A DNA stretch of 64,000 nt from Candidatus Limnocylindrales bacterium (GTDB lineage: Bacteria; Patescibacteriota; Microgenomatia; Levybacterales; UBA12049): assembly GCA_035526025.1 (NCBI GenBank), contig DATLDE010000018.1, positions 11,292-75,291 of the forward strand, read 5' to 3'. The stretch's first letter is position 1. Every line of letters begins with the position of its first letter. Below are positions 1 to 8,504 of this stretch, one piece after another. The notes below the pieces were generated by a model. The model was not told the origin of the DNA. It did not search any database and worked only from the letters and a program-made list of their open reading frames with translations. Made by a program: the position numbers and the translations under genes.

Positions 1-2
1 GG

Positions 3-662
3 GGTAATTTTTCGGGGTGGGAGAAATGGAATGGATATGCAAAGATTGATAGAGAAACACATATTCAAAAAACTAAAAATTTTATTGAAAAAAATCCTGG
101 ATTATTTCAGGACGGCGATTTATTCAGTTCATGTCCGGAGTGTGAAAACGGGGAAAAATTGGACAGAAGTAACCCTATTCAGATTAATGAATACCGAACA
201 TTTTTGATCAAAGAGTATAATGTTACAAAAGAAGCTTTTAAAAACATTAATAAACAAGTTCCATCTAATTACTATTCTATGAACGGTGATATAGCATTTC
301 TTATGATGGATCGAAAAACAACAGCAGCATTTGACGGGTTGGTGGTAATTGATCATTATGTCAAAGATACAGCACGTCTTGAGCGTGATATTAAGGCTTT
401 AGCTCTGAAAAGTGGTGGAAAAATAGTATTGGGTGAATTTGGCGCTCCAATTCCTGGTATACACGGTAGTATGGATGAAAGGGTCCAAAAAAAGTGGATA
501 GAAGATGCTTTACAAAAAATATCAGGCATTCCTGATCTTATTGGTATCAATTATTGGGTAGGAACAGATGGATCAACAGCTATATGGAAAGACAATGGGG
601 TCCCAAAGCCAGCAGTCGAGGTACTCACCCGTTATTATAAGGCTTCAAATTCTTCAGATTGA
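3..662 (+). CDS. 5'-truncated putative glycoside hydrolase-like (clan GH-A) protein
   Basis: Frame is open from the window edge (GNFSGWEKW...CPECENG); VIDHY, VLGEFG and GINYW motifs resemble a GH-A barrel C-terminal half. Confidence 0.55.
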   Translation, partial: GNFSGWEKWNGYAKIDRETHIQKTKNFIEKNPGLFQDGDLFSSCPECENGEKLDRSNPIQINEYRTFLIKEYNVTKEAFKNINKQVPSNYYSMNGDIAFLMMDRKTTAAFDGLVVIDHYVKDTARLERDIKALALKSGGKIVLGEFGAPIPGIHGSMDERVQKKWIEDALQKISGIPDLIGINYWVGTDGSTAIWKDNGVPKPAVEVLTRYYKASNSSD

Positions 663-678
663 TTATAGTATATAACTA

Positions 679-707
679 TTGACACTTCTTTAAATTTGTG
701 ATATAGT
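679..707 (+). promoter_or_regulatory. sigma70-type promoter for the substrate-sortase pair
   Basis: TTGACA-17 nt-TATAGT, followed by palindrome ACATCTA-ca-TAGATGT before the ATG at 739. Confidence 0.6.
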
Positions 708-738
708 CCATAAACATCTACATAGATGTCTAAACCCT

Positions 739-1281
739 ATGTTAAAAAAAAGAATTACATTTGCTATAAGTCTTATTCTGTTAACAATTTTGTCGGCATT
801 TCCTGCGCATGCTGAAAGACTCCCAAATTTTGGATCATGTCTTAATCCTCAAGGTAAAGTGCTTGCGAGTTATGAAACAGGAAAACATGGTATTGTTGGA
901 AGAAAAGATCTGGTAACAGGATCCGACAGCGTTTATCAGTCTTCTGACAAGGGTGTTACACAATGTTTTTGTCCGCTAGATGGGAATGGAATTCAAACAA
1001 ATTGGTTTGATGTATCAAAGCTGAAATCAGCTGATATAGAAACACTTAAAAAAGAAGGCTGGACATATTTTGCAACAGGATCTGACTGGGGACTCAAGGA
1101 TGTTCCATACCTAGCCAAAAATACAGACTATGCATGCAAAAAAACTGCACAAAAAAAAGGAGACGTTCAAAAAGTCCTAAGTCTTGCAAGCACCGGTGAT
1201 TCTTTGACTATCTATATATTTATTCTTTCAGGGGCTACATTTCTAATAAGCGGGATGGTCCTTCGAAAAGTTAGTAAATAA
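739..1281 (+). CDS. Secreted Cys-containing protein with LASTG sortase-like sorting signal
   Basis: N-terminal signal peptide (AHA|E); C-terminal LASTG + hydrophobic helix + RKVSK tail; directly upstream of a sortase. Confidence 0.75.
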   Translation: MLKKRITFAISLILLTILSAFPAHAERLPNFGSCLNPQGKVLASYETGKHGIVGRKDLVTGSDSVYQSSDKGVTQCFCPLDGNGIQTNWFDVSKLKSADIETLKKEGWTYFATGSDWGLKDVPYLAKNTDYACKKTAQKKGDVQKVLSLASTGDSLTIYIFILSGATFLISGMVLRKVSK

Positions 1282-1286
1282 TTCAT

Positions 1287-1826
1287 ATGAAACTGCTCTC
1301 AAAACTGTTCATATTTATTGGTATCCTCTGTTATATCCTCGGTATTTATAATATATGGCTAATCAATGATCCAAAGCGTTTGTCCTTTCAGAATTATACT
1401 TATGCTCAAGTACCTCAAAGCGTTGAGAAAGTGCTTCCAACTAAAATAAGTATAAGTAATGTAAATATTACTCTTCCTCTGATTCCATCGTCAATTATTG
1501 ATGACAAATGGGAGACTACAGATATCGGAGCCTCTTATCTTTCTTCATCTCCTGTTCCTGGGGAAGTGGGAAATAGTGTGATATACGGGCATAATTGGGC
1601 GAGTATTTTCGGAAACTTGATTAGTATAATGCCGGGTGATGAGGTATTGATTGAATATCAAGATAAAACCACCAAAACATTCATCGTGAAATATACCTCA
1701 ACTGTAAAACCAGAAACTACTAGTATTTTGGCACCTACTTCTGACAAGAGAATTACTTTATATACCTGCAGTGGATTTCTGGATTCTGAAAGATTTGTAG
1801 CAGTCGCTATCCTCAAAGACAACTAA
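1287..1826 (+). CDS. Sortase (class D/E-like)
   Basis: N-terminal TM, PGEVGNSVIYGH (catalytic His), ITLYTC (Cys), downstream Arg (SERF). Confidence 0.9.
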   Translation: MKLLSKLFIFIGILCYILGIYNIWLINDPKRLSFQNYTYAQVPQSVEKVLPTKISISNVNITLPLIPSSIIDDKWETTDIGASYLSSSPVPGEVGNSVIYGHNWASIFGNLISIMPGDEVLIEYQDKTTKTFIVKYTSTVKPETTSILAPTSDKRITLYTCSGFLDSERFVAVAILKDN

Positions 1827-1855
1827 AAAGCCCCGCAGTATGGGCAGGGCTTTTT
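1825..1855. terminator. Bidirectional intrinsic terminator
   Basis: AAAAAGCCC...GGGCTTTTT hairpin between convergent genes. Confidence 0.75.
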
Positions 1856-1873
1856 CTAAATTAGATTTCTATA

Positions 1874-2200
1874 TTAGTTGGCAACATTTGCGTTGGCAAC
1901 GCTAGTTATAGAAACACTTGAGCTTGAACTACCTGTAAGAATCAATGTACTTCCTCCAGTATTAAAGCTTGAGCTGTTATTTCCTGTATTGGAATTGGCA
2001 TTTACATAGTTGAGTAACACAGCTGTATTGCTCTGTGTAACACTCTTACTCCAATTATTAGTAACATTTACTGTATTTACAGAAAAAGCGCCATTTCCTT
2101 TGATCTTAACGGTAGTTGCAGCAAATGCGGGCATTGCTGATACAGCAAAAAGTGATGCTGCAGCAAGCGCTGAACCGATTTTAATAGTTAATTTATTCAT
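1874..2200 (-). CDS. Small secreted Asn/Ser/Thr-rich beta-repeat protein
   Basis: Sec signal peptide (PAFA|A), GNGAxSxNTV...NTGNN...TG motifs, extended SD GAAAGGAGGTGA. Confidence 0.85.
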   Translation of the reverse strand: MNKLTIKIGSALAAASLFAVSAMPAFAATTVKIKGNGAFSVNTVNVTNNWSKSVTQSNTAVLLNYVNANSNTGNNSSSFNTGGSTLILTGSSSSSVSITSVANANVAN

Positions 2201-2266
2201 ATATTATCACCTCCTTTCAAATTGGTCTTCCCGCTATCACTCACGACAGCGGGAGAAAATACTGCA

Positions 2267-3424
2267 CTACAGCTCGCATTGCGTTATCGCTTCTGCCGTA
2301 CAAGTATCTGTGTTAGCGCCACCATCAGCAGCGTCACTACCGGCTTGACCATCTAATGTGTCATCGCCATCTTCACCTTTCAAAGAGTCGCTATCAGCGC
2401 CCCCATAGAGTTTGTCATTACCCGTTCCTCCGGCTAATGCGTCAGATCCTCCTTGGCCTAGCAGGACATCGTTTCCTGCTCCACCTATTAGATTGTCGGA
2501 ACTATCTCCACCGACTATACAGTCAGCGCCTCCTTTTCCATCGACATAATCACTTCCACCTTTGGCCAGGATTAGGTCATTTCCTTCTGTGCCGATTATG
2601 TAATCACTTCCGTTTGTTCCTTCTATTTTGTTATATACAAGATTTTGATTACATTCTGTGGGTACTGGGAATGCATTCACTGGATTTGCTACTACTGTTA
2701 TTTTGTAGACGTTTCCAGCTCCGTTACTCCATGCAGATTCCTCAAATAGAGCATTTCTTGCCCTAACTCTCAGATAATAGTCCCCAGGTGGTGTTCCCGG
2801 AGTTGGAATCTCAGAAGCTGTTAACCAACCGCTTTGAAACACAGAGGTTGTATATCCTGCGTCAGAAAAAGCTTCATATTGGTATTGAAACGGTGGATTA
2901 GAGCCTACTGAATCAGTCCAATCTACCTTAACTAGAGCTGCCTGTGTGACAGTTGCTCCATTTGCCGGAGTGTGAATCCTAGGAACTGATATTCCTTTTG
3001 TTATACTCCAGGTTCCGCTTCGTGGTCCACCGAAATTATCTGTCCAGGTTCCACTCACAGTACCATTTGCAGCAATCGTACCTACCATATTCATAGTTGT
3101 TCCTACTGCGCCCACATCATATACAGCTGTGAGATTTATTGAATTTCCTGTTTGGCTACCAGATGTAACATTCCAATGATAAGTATCTCCGCCTGTTGCC
3201 GGATACCCGCCATTGCCTGTTACAGCAGTGCCGGATTGGGCAAGAGTAGCATGGTGAACGTAAGGCGTAACTGAAGTATCAGGATTCAAAAAGAAACTGA
3301 TTTCGTAATTACCCGTTACATTCCATGGCGCTGCAGCGAAAGCTGGCAACACCGAAACAGCAACTAGCACAATCGATGCTATCATAGCTGTAAAAAGTTT
3401 TAAAATTTTATTCATTTCTATCAC
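2267..3424 (-). CDS. Secreted multidomain protein with Ig/FN3-like domain and RTX (hemolysin-type Ca-binding) repeats
   Basis: Signal peptide; YYLRVRARN FN3-like strand; C-terminal GGxGxDxLx repeats; extended SD (true start likely the ATG near 3415). Confidence 0.85.
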   Translation of the reverse strand: MIEMNKILKLFTAMIASIVLVAVSVLPAFAAAPWNVTGNYEISFFLNPDTSVTPYVHHATLAQSGTAVTGNGGYPATGGDTYHWNVTSGSQTGNSINLTAVYDVGAVGTTMNMVGTIAANGTVSGTWTDNFGGPRSGTWSITKGISVPRIHTPANGATVTQAALVKVDWTDSVGSNPPFQYQYEAFSDAGYTTSVFQSGWLTASEIPTPGTPPGDYYLRVRARNALFEESAWSNGAGNVYKITVVANPVNAFPVPTECNQNLVYNKIEGTNGSDYIIGTEGNDLILAKGGSDYVDGKGGADCIVGGDSSDNLIGGAGNDVLLGQGGSDALAGGTGNDKLYGGADSDSLKGEDGDDTLDGQAGSDAADGGANTDTCTAEAITQCEL

Positions 3425-3488
3425 CTCCTTTCACCCGCTGAATCTTTACGCGAAAGCGGGTTTCGCTCAAAATTTCGACTATTCGTTC

Positions 3489-3542
3489 ATGATAGTTTTC
3501 ACAGATATCAGTCAGGTTAGGATAACCTAATAAACTCGTAAG
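3489..3542 (-). promoter_or_regulatory. Direct-repeat (YTTAC-N6) promoter of the RTX gene
   Basis: Minus strand: CTTAC-n6-ATTAG-n6-CTAAC-21 nt-TATCAT. Confidence 0.55.
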
Positions 3543-3548
3543 AGTAAT

Positions 3549-4463
3549 TTATTCACCTGCGAAATTTGACTCTTCTTTTGTTGTCACAGAAATATTAGTA
3601 TTTATATTGCCTGTAATCGCTGTTGAATTGTGGCTAGTAGTATTTAGTATAATATTATTGCCTGTGTAAGAAACAGTATTTATGGCGTTGTTAACGCTTG
3701 TATTATTTGTTTGATTTATAACAGTCATGCAATTTGAGGAGACATCAACAGTGTTATTTGATCCCGCGCCATTATCGCTGATTTCAATATTAGTATCTTC
3801 TCCACAATCTGAAGCATCAGGTTTTGAAACTACTGTAAATTTATTTACTGTCAAATTTGCACTGTCTGACAATAATGCGCTAGTTGGCTGAAGATGTCCC
3901 GATAGAATCATTGATATTGGCAATAGGATAAATAGCGTTTGTCCCTCCCTTGCAATAAAAGTCCTCGCTTTTCGAAATTTTATTAAATTAAATATGTTTG
4001 AAATTTCCATGTAAATGATAATAACAGACGGGATAAGAATAAAAAGCGCGATTCCGATTTTTGTTTTGGTAAAAGAAAGTATATAGCCCAATGCAGGAAT
4101 AGAAGCTACAACCTTGCCAACGACTCCCCCACCAGCCAGAACCCAGGGATCGTTTGAATTATTATGATCCCCCCTTGTCTTGACAATTGTTAAATCCTTA
4201 CTTTTTGATAAATCAACTATTCGGTGCGTGATAAATTCTCTGTCTCTTGAGGGCCGAATAAATGTAATAACATCGCTCAATTTTAAGTTATCGGGGTGAA
4301 TACTTTTTGTAATTACAAGTGAGCCTGTACCAATTGCCGGTTCCATTGACCCGGACATGACAGTAAATGCACGGAAGCCTCCTATATGATGAGATAGCAA
4401 AAAAATGCTAATTCCAAAAAACAAAACAACACCTAGCAGGAGGAATTTAATAAGATTTTTCAT
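3549..4463 (-). CDS. sipW: Signal peptidase I, SipW/S26B type, with fused C-terminal SipW-cleavable passenger domain
   Basis: VMSGSMEP (Ser), ITHRI (His), TRGDHN..D, GKV..IP.LGY motifs; then a TM + TSA|LLSD..L..N.F and an Asn-rich module. Confidence 0.9.
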   Translation of the reverse strand: MKNLIKFLLLGVVLFFGISIFLLSHHIGGFRAFTVMSGSMEPAIGTGSLVITKSIHPDNLKLSDVITFIRPSRDREFITHRIVDLSKSKDLTIVKTRGDHNNSNDPWVLAGGGVVGKVVASIPALGYILSFTKTKIGIALFILIPSVIIIYMEISNIFNLIKFRKARTFIAREGQTLFILLPISMILSGHLQPTSALLSDSANLTVNKFTVVSKPDASDCGEDTNIEISDNGAGSNNTVDVSSNCMTVINQTNNTSVNNAINTVSYTGNNIILNTTSHNSTAITGNINTNISVTTKEESNFAGE

Positions 4464-4484
4464 ACTTTTTTTGTGTATTCTCAG

Positions 4485-4519
4485 CCTTCCCCCCTCAAAA
4501 TTTTGGTGAGGGGGAGAGG
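4485..4519 (-). terminator. GC-rich hairpin between the tasA-like gene and sipW (partial terminator or mRNA stabiliser)
   Basis: CCCCCTCA/TGAGGGGG stem, extended by CTCAGC/GCTGAG. Confidence 0.55.
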
Positions 4520-4571
4520 TCGAGATGCTGCTGAGTTCTGCACTTCTGAGAATCCAACAATTAATTTATAT

Positions 4572-5132
4572 TTATTGTGCTGGAACCACCTCTGTCCCTG
4601 TAAACACAAAATTAAAAACAGCACTGCCATCTACAGTTATTCCACTGTTCATAGTGATACCCATTTTGTATCTTTGGGTTCCGCTTTGCGCAAGATTATA
4701 CTCCGCAGGATATCCATATGGAAGCAAAGTTTCCCATTGTGCTAATGTTGCGGTTGCAATAGGCGCTCCTACGATTGCAGAGCCGTCTGTATTGACCGGT
4801 GTAAACGAAACTACAACCTGATCTTTTGTAATATCAGTTACGGTTATGTCTGTTGCCTGTCCTGATAATGACAACGCAACATCAGTAGTTACATTTCTTA
4901 GGTAAACATCAAAGAATTTCGTTTGTCCAGGTCTAACACCACTTGTATAACCGGCTGTGGACACTGTACTAAAAGTAGAGCCTGTCTTAGACACCCTAAG
5001 ATCAACGGTTCCAGTACTAAATGTGTTTGATGTCAAAGCAGCAGTATCGGAAAGCAATGCTTGTGTTCCCATAACAGCACTTCCTGAAACTCCGGCAATT
5101 ATCAATAAACTCAAAATTATTCTTTTTATCAT
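4572..5132 (-). CDS. TasA/CalY-family SipW-processed fibre subunit
   Basis: SipW-class signal peptide GTQA|LLSDT....NTFSTGTVDL; PGQT...V.LRN core; C-terminal FNFVFTGT strand; GGGAGGTGA SD. Confidence 0.85.
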   Translation of the reverse strand: MIKRIILSLLIIAGVSGSAVMGTQALLSDTAALTSNTFSTGTVDLRVSKTGSTFSTVSTAGYTSGVRPGQTKFFDVYLRNVTTDVALSLSGQATDITVTDITKDQVVVSFTPVNTDGSAIVGAPIATATLAQWETLLPYGYPAEYNLAQSGTQRYKMGITMNSGITVDGSAVFNFVFTGTEVVPAQ

Positions 5133-5175
5133 TTTTATTCACCTCCCAACTTTTAAGTTTCTATCATAAATAACT

Positions 5176-5382
5176 TTGCCGGTGGTGGGGTAGCGAATCT
5201 GCCCGACAGCCGTTCCCCACCACTAGCAATTTTTACACAAAAAACCTCTTGAATTCTCCCAAAAACAGAACTCAAGAGGTTCACCTGCACGGTACTTACC
5301 ATGTACCAAAAATCGATTTGGACAGCTGTTCATTTGCCTGAAGGACTATCACATTACTAGTTTTTTTGTCGCTAGTGATGTT
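5176..5382 (-). promoter_or_regulatory. Structured 5' leader with internal intrinsic terminator (attenuator/riboswitch candidate)
   Basis: TTGACA-17-TAAATT promoter (5388-5416); several hairpins; terminator AACCTCTTGAGTTCT...AGAATTCAAGAGGTT+TTTT (about 5239-5281); GC hairpin at 5176-5229. Confidence 0.6.
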
Positions 5383-5510
5383 AACTTAATTTAAAATATG
5401 AAAAGTGCCTTGTCAATTGATGCAAATAGATGTAAAGATAATATAACTATATCAATATTAAATATAACTGCTAAATTGACAACCATTTGTTACTTTGCGA
5501 TACTTATTTA

Positions 5511-6245
5511 ATGAAAAAAATTATTCCCCCCGATCACTGGCTCCGAACACGTCCGATAGCGCACAGAGGGCTACATGACATAAATAAAGGAATTCCTGAG
5601 AACTCCATATCTGCATTCGAAGAAGCATGTCAAAAAGGATTTCCGATTGAGCTAGACGTACGAATTACGGGAGACGGTAAAGCAGTTGTATTTCATGATT
5701 TTTTGCTTAAAAGATTGGTGGGTATAAATAAGTGGGTAAGTAGCATGTCAGCAAGCTCACTTGGAAAACTAAAAATTCTTGATACCGGAGAAAAAATCCC
5801 ACTTCTTGATGAGGTTTTGGAGCATATTAATGGCCGGGTACCTGTTTTAATTGAGATCAAAAGAAATTTATTACCAGGAATTTTTGAAAACCTGGTGGTA
5901 AGCTCACTTAAAAATTATAATGGTGAATTTGCAATACTGACTTTCAATCCAATAGCTCTTCGTTATTTGCATCACCAAGTACCTGATTATATCAGTGGAA
6001 TAAATATAGGAAATGCTGAAAAGTTTTTATTTAAAATATCTTCTTTTAATAATTTTGTAAATAATTTTTGTGCTCCCCAATTTATAAGTTATTCCTTAAG
6101 AGGCAAAGTTCCTGATTTTTCTGCTAAATACTTTAATGCTCAAAATTTGCCTATATTAGCTTGGACAGTGCATTCGCATGAGGAGGAAAAATTTGCTCGA
6201 CAATTTGCAGACAATATAATATTTGAACAATATTTACCTGAATGA
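5511..6245 (+). CDS. Glycerophosphodiester phosphodiesterase
   Basis: IAHRG, PENS, IELDV, VFHD, IEIK, AWTV motifs. Confidence 0.9.
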   Translation: MKKIIPPDHWLRTRPIAHRGLHDINKGIPENSISAFEEACQKGFPIELDVRITGDGKAVVFHDFLLKRLVGINKWVSSMSASSLGKLKILDTGEKIPLLDEVLEHINGRVPVLIEIKRNLLPGIFENLVVSSLKNYNGEFAILTFNPIALRYLHHQVPDYISGINIGNAEKFLFKISSFNNFVNNFCAPQFISYSLRGKVPDFSAKYFNAQNLPILAWTVHSHEEEKFARQFADNIIFEQYLPE

Positions 6246-7213
6246 AGAAATTTATTTTGAATTTTTTAGCTGTGATCCTTTTATCTCTTGGGTTTGCAGG
6301 CTTTTTATATTTTTTTATAGAAATTGATGGTAGGCGGGACGAAAACTCGGTATCTCCTCTACCTGAATTTTTAACCCTAAGCAAGAATAATCAAGTTAGA
6401 TTTCTTGATTTGTGGTTCCCAAAATTTGATTCATCTGAAAAAGCAGTATTGGGTGCCAATGATATTACTGCTAAATCAGCTTTGGTATATGACCTATCAA
6501 ATAATCAGACAATTTATGAAAAATCTGCATCTACTAAGCTTCCAATGGCATCACTTACCAAGATAATGACTGCTATTATTGCACTTGAAAATAAAAGAGT
6601 AGATGATAGTTATGTTGTAACTGCAAAGGATTTAGTAGGCGAAGATAGTATGGGATTAACTGAGGGTGAAGTTATATCTTTTGATGAGCTATTGCATGGT
6701 CTTATGCTCCCATCCGGCAATGATGCTGCTGAAGTATTTGCAAACAATCATCCGACTGGCCGCGATGGATTTATTCTGGATATGAATCAAAAAGCAAAGT
6801 CACTTGGCCTTAAAGATACCAATTTTGTAAACCCATCCGGACTTCAGGGAGACGGAGACCAACACACCACAACCTATGATTTACTTGTTATTACCCGCTA
6901 TGCTCTTGAAAATTTTCCGGAATTTGCAAAAGTTGTTGCAACTGCTGAATACTCAATTCCTCAAAATTCATTTCATAAAGCATTTGATCTGTATAACGAA
7001 ACAAATCTCCTGACCACCTATGAGGGCGTCAGAGGTGTCAAGACAGGTTATACACCTGAAGCGGGGCTTTGCCTTGTCACATATCTTGACTATGGAGGAC
7101 ACAAGATAATAGGTATAATATTAAATAGTGAGAATCGTAGAACCGAGATGAAGACATTGCTTGATTATTCATTAAGAAAGTACGGTATTGCTCCACCAGA
7201 GTATAAAGGATAG
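6242..7213 (+). CDS. D-alanyl-D-alanine carboxypeptidase (peptidase S11)
   Basis: SLTK (SxxK), SGN (SxN), KTG motifs; N-terminal TM. Confidence 0.92.
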   Translation: MKKFILNFLAVILLSLGFAGFLYFFIEIDGRRDENSVSPLPEFLTLSKNNQVRFLDLWFPKFDSSEKAVLGANDITAKSALVYDLSNNQTIYEKSASTKLPMASLTKIMTAIIALENKRVDDSYVVTAKDLVGEDSMGLTEGEVISFDELLHGLMLPSGNDAAEVFANNHPTGRDGFILDMNQKAKSLGLKDTNFVNPSGLQGDGDQHTTTYDLLVITRYALENFPEFAKVVATAEYSIPQNSFHKAFDLYNETNLLTTYEGVRGVKTGYTPEAGLCLVTYLDYGGHKIIGIILNSENRRTEMKTLLDYSLRKYGIAPPEYKG

Positions 7214-7215
7214 TT

Positions 7216-7680
7216 ATGAGTAATATTACTGACTCATTAGAATCAAAATTTGATATTGAAAGCGCATTGGCAGCTAGAGATAAAGGGTTGCTAAAAGAAT
7301 GGGTTATAGAATTATTAAAAAGTGAGGGAAGTTATGAACTCGCTGAAAAGATCAGCTCAGAGAAAACTGCGGCAATTAAAATGTATAACTATCCCCTAAC
7401 ACTTCTCAAAAAAATTCAGGGTCCAGAAGAGAATGAAATACATAGACAGTCCCCGCAGGTTTGGGAAGATAAAGTAAAAAAACTTGCTAAAAAAATAGAA
7501 AACGGTTTTATCTCCGCTCCTTTAATAGTAACGGATTTTTGGAATTATTTTGAAGTTGCAGATGGCAATCATAGACATGAAGCACTTGAGCGAAAAGGAA
7601 TAAAATCATACTGGACAATATTTTTTATAAAACACCAGGCAGGAGTTGAATACCTCAAAGATATTATGAAATCAAAATGA
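7216..7680 (+). CDS. ParB/Srx-like N-terminal domain protein
   Basis: PLIV...VADGNHRHEAL motif; no HTH. Confidence 0.65.
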   Translation: MSNITDSLESKFDIESALAARDKGLLKEWVIELLKSEGSYELAEKISSEKTAAIKMYNYPLTLLKKIQGPEENEIHRQSPQVWEDKVKKLAKKIENGFISAPLIVTDFWNYFEVADGNHRHEALERKGIKSYWTIFFIKHQAGVEYLKDIMKSK

Positions 7681-8276
7681 AGATAAAAGTGATTCTTACT
7701 GACGTAGGCGGTGTTTTGGTCAGAACTGAAAATACTCTTTTGAGAAGAGCTTGGGAAGATAAACTTGACCTAAAACCTCGAACACTCACAAGAGAAATAC
7801 AAAAAATACAGCCGGCAAAAGAGGCTACTATTGGACTAGTGAGCGCTGAAAATATCTGGCAAAATATATCCCAGAAATATTCTCTGGATCCGAGAGAGTT
7901 ACAACTTCTTAAGCATGACTACTTTGCAGGAGAAAAACTCAATCAAAAATTTTATGAATACCTTGAAAAAATTCATAAATCTTATAAAATCGTAATTTTT
8001 AGCAATGCCTGGGATGATGGACGTGAGGTCTATACTAAAAAATTTCATTTGGATAAAATAACTGACCAGATGATTATCTCAGCTGAAGAGGGCATGAGAA
8101 AACCACATAAGAAATTCTATCAACAAGCATTAAAAAAGTTGGGAGTATTGCCAGAGGAGATTTTATATCTGGATGATAGAATGGAAAATATAAAGGTTGG
8201 CAAAGCCATAGGATTCAATTCTATTCTTTTTAATTACACAGGCCACGTGATTGACCAGATCAACGAAATACTTTAA
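7677..8276 (+). CDS. HAD-family phosphatase
   Basis: DVGGVL, SN, KP, LDD motifs. Confidence 0.88.
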   Translation: MKIKVILTDVGGVLVRTENTLLRRAWEDKLDLKPRTLTREIQKIQPAKEATIGLVSAENIWQNISQKYSLDPRELQLLKHDYFAGEKLNQKFYEYLEKIHKSYKIVIFSNAWDDGREVYTKKFHLDKITDQMIISAEEGMRKPHKKFYQQALKKLGVLPEEILYLDDRMENIKVGKAIGFNSILFNYTGHVIDQINEIL

Positions 8277-8281
8277 TTGAG

Positions 8282-8354
8282 TCGGGGTGAGAGGATTCGA
8301 ACCTCCGACCTCACGGTCCCAAACCGCGCGCTCTACCAACTGAGCCACACCCCG
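8282..8354 (-). tRNA. tRNA-Pro(TGG)
   Basis: Cloverleaf on minus strand, anticodon loop TT-TGG-GA, GTTCGAATC T-loop. Confidence 0.93.
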
Positions 8355-8364
8355 TTATACATAT

Positions 8365-8450
8365 TGGTGCCGCGGGAGAGAGTCGAACTCTCATATCATT
8401 GCTGACAGAGGCTCTTAAGGCCCCCGTGTATACCATTCCACCACCGCGGC
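8365..8450 (-). tRNA. tRNA-Leu(TAA)
   Basis: Long variable arm, loop CT-TAA-GA, encoded CCA. Confidence 0.93.
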
Positions 8451-8504
8451 TTACAGGTATATGCTATTTTAACCTAAAAAGGGATATTTATTCAACAGTG
8501 AAAG

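Noticed and set aside
3436-3460. CGCTGAATC resembling the start of a c-di-AMP (ydaO) riboswitch
   Set aside because: It is on the strand opposite the downstream gene and the rest of the consensus is missing
5280-5345. Calling the tasA leader a c-di-GMP-I (GEMM) riboswitch because of CAGGCAAA
   Set aside because: The GNRA-capped stem and GACGCAAA / tetraloop-receptor elements are absent; kept only as an unclassified attenuator candidate
7216-7680. ParB-like gene as a partition system
   Set aside because: No HTH domain, adjacent ParA or parS palindrome
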